Assembly (NCBI GenBank): GCA_030390025.1
Contig: CM059431.1
Span: 126,668,001-126,732,000, forward strand
Direction of reading: 5' to 3'
Length of the DNA stretch: 64,000 nucleotides
From: Squalus acanthias
Lineage: Eukaryota
Below are positions 63,520-64,000 of this stretch, in pieces. The first letter of the stretch is position 1; every line of letters begins with the position of its first letter. The notes below the pieces were generated by a model, which saw only the letters and a list, made by a program, of their open reading frames with translations, did no database searches and was not told the origin of the DNA. The translations under genes were made by a program, and so were the position numbers.

Positions 63520-64000
63520 ACATAAAATTTACAGCACAGAAACAGGCCATCAGCCTAGCTGGTCTATGCACGTGTTTATGCTCCACTTGACCCTCTTCCC
63601 ACCCTACTTCATCAAACCCTATTAACATATCCTTTTATTCCTTTCTCCCTTATGTACTTACCTAGCTTCTCCTTAAATGCATCTTAGCTATTCACCTCAA
63701 CTATTGCATGTGGCAGCAAGTTCAACATTCTAACTATTCTCTGGGTAAAGATGTTTCTGGCTATTAGATCTAGGGGTTGTATTCCTTCATTGTTTTGTCT
63801 TTGCAACCAATCCCCCCCAACCCCCTGGAGACTATACTCTTGGAGTTCTTTGAGGAAGTAACATGTGCTGTGGATAAAGGGGAACCGGTGGATGTACTGT
63901 ACCTAGATTTCCAGAAGGCATTTGATAAGGTGCCACATCAAAGGTTATTGCGGAAAATAAAAGCTCATGGTGTAGGGGGTAACATATTGGCATGGATAGA
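63520..64000. mobile_element. Two CR1 fragments (3' end on the minus strand ~63520-63760; RT on the plus strand 63835-64000)
   Basis: YLDFQKAFDKVPH on plus; CR1 3'UTR on minus. Confidence 0.8.

Noticed and set aside
1..64000. Prokaryotic systems (CRISPR, operons) and the many short antisense ORFs
   Set aside because: The sequence is vertebrate repeat DNA; the short ORFs are shadows of LINE and Penelope coding strands; no spacer-repeat array seen.

Overview
Repeat-dense vertebrate genomic DNA, most likely from a shark or other cartilaginous fish (it carries an HE1/V-SINE, Deu-domain SINEs and shark-type CR1 tails). I found no convincing host protein-coding exon. Most of the window is nested transposons: several CR1 LINE families (one full-length with an esterase ORF1), an L2, two RTE 3' fragments, Penelope-like elements with minimal hammerhead ribozyme motifs, PIF/Harbinger elements and MITEs, and a pogo/Tigger-type MITE. 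The main feature is an 8-kb endogenous foamy-virus-like provirus at 35446-43423. It has two ~1.49-kb LTRs, a 4-bp GTTT target-site duplication (TSD), a tRNA-Lys1,2-like primer-binding site (PBS), a truncated foamy-type gag and a decayed but nearly complete PR-RT(YVDD)-RH-IN pol. It has no env; about 630 bp of unknown sequence sits in its place. A solo LTR of a related but distinct foamy-like family lies about 10 kb upstream (24613-25745, GGGG TSD), and an unrelated probable solo LTR lies at about 58957-60186. Family assignments come from motif recognition by eye; no database search was run.
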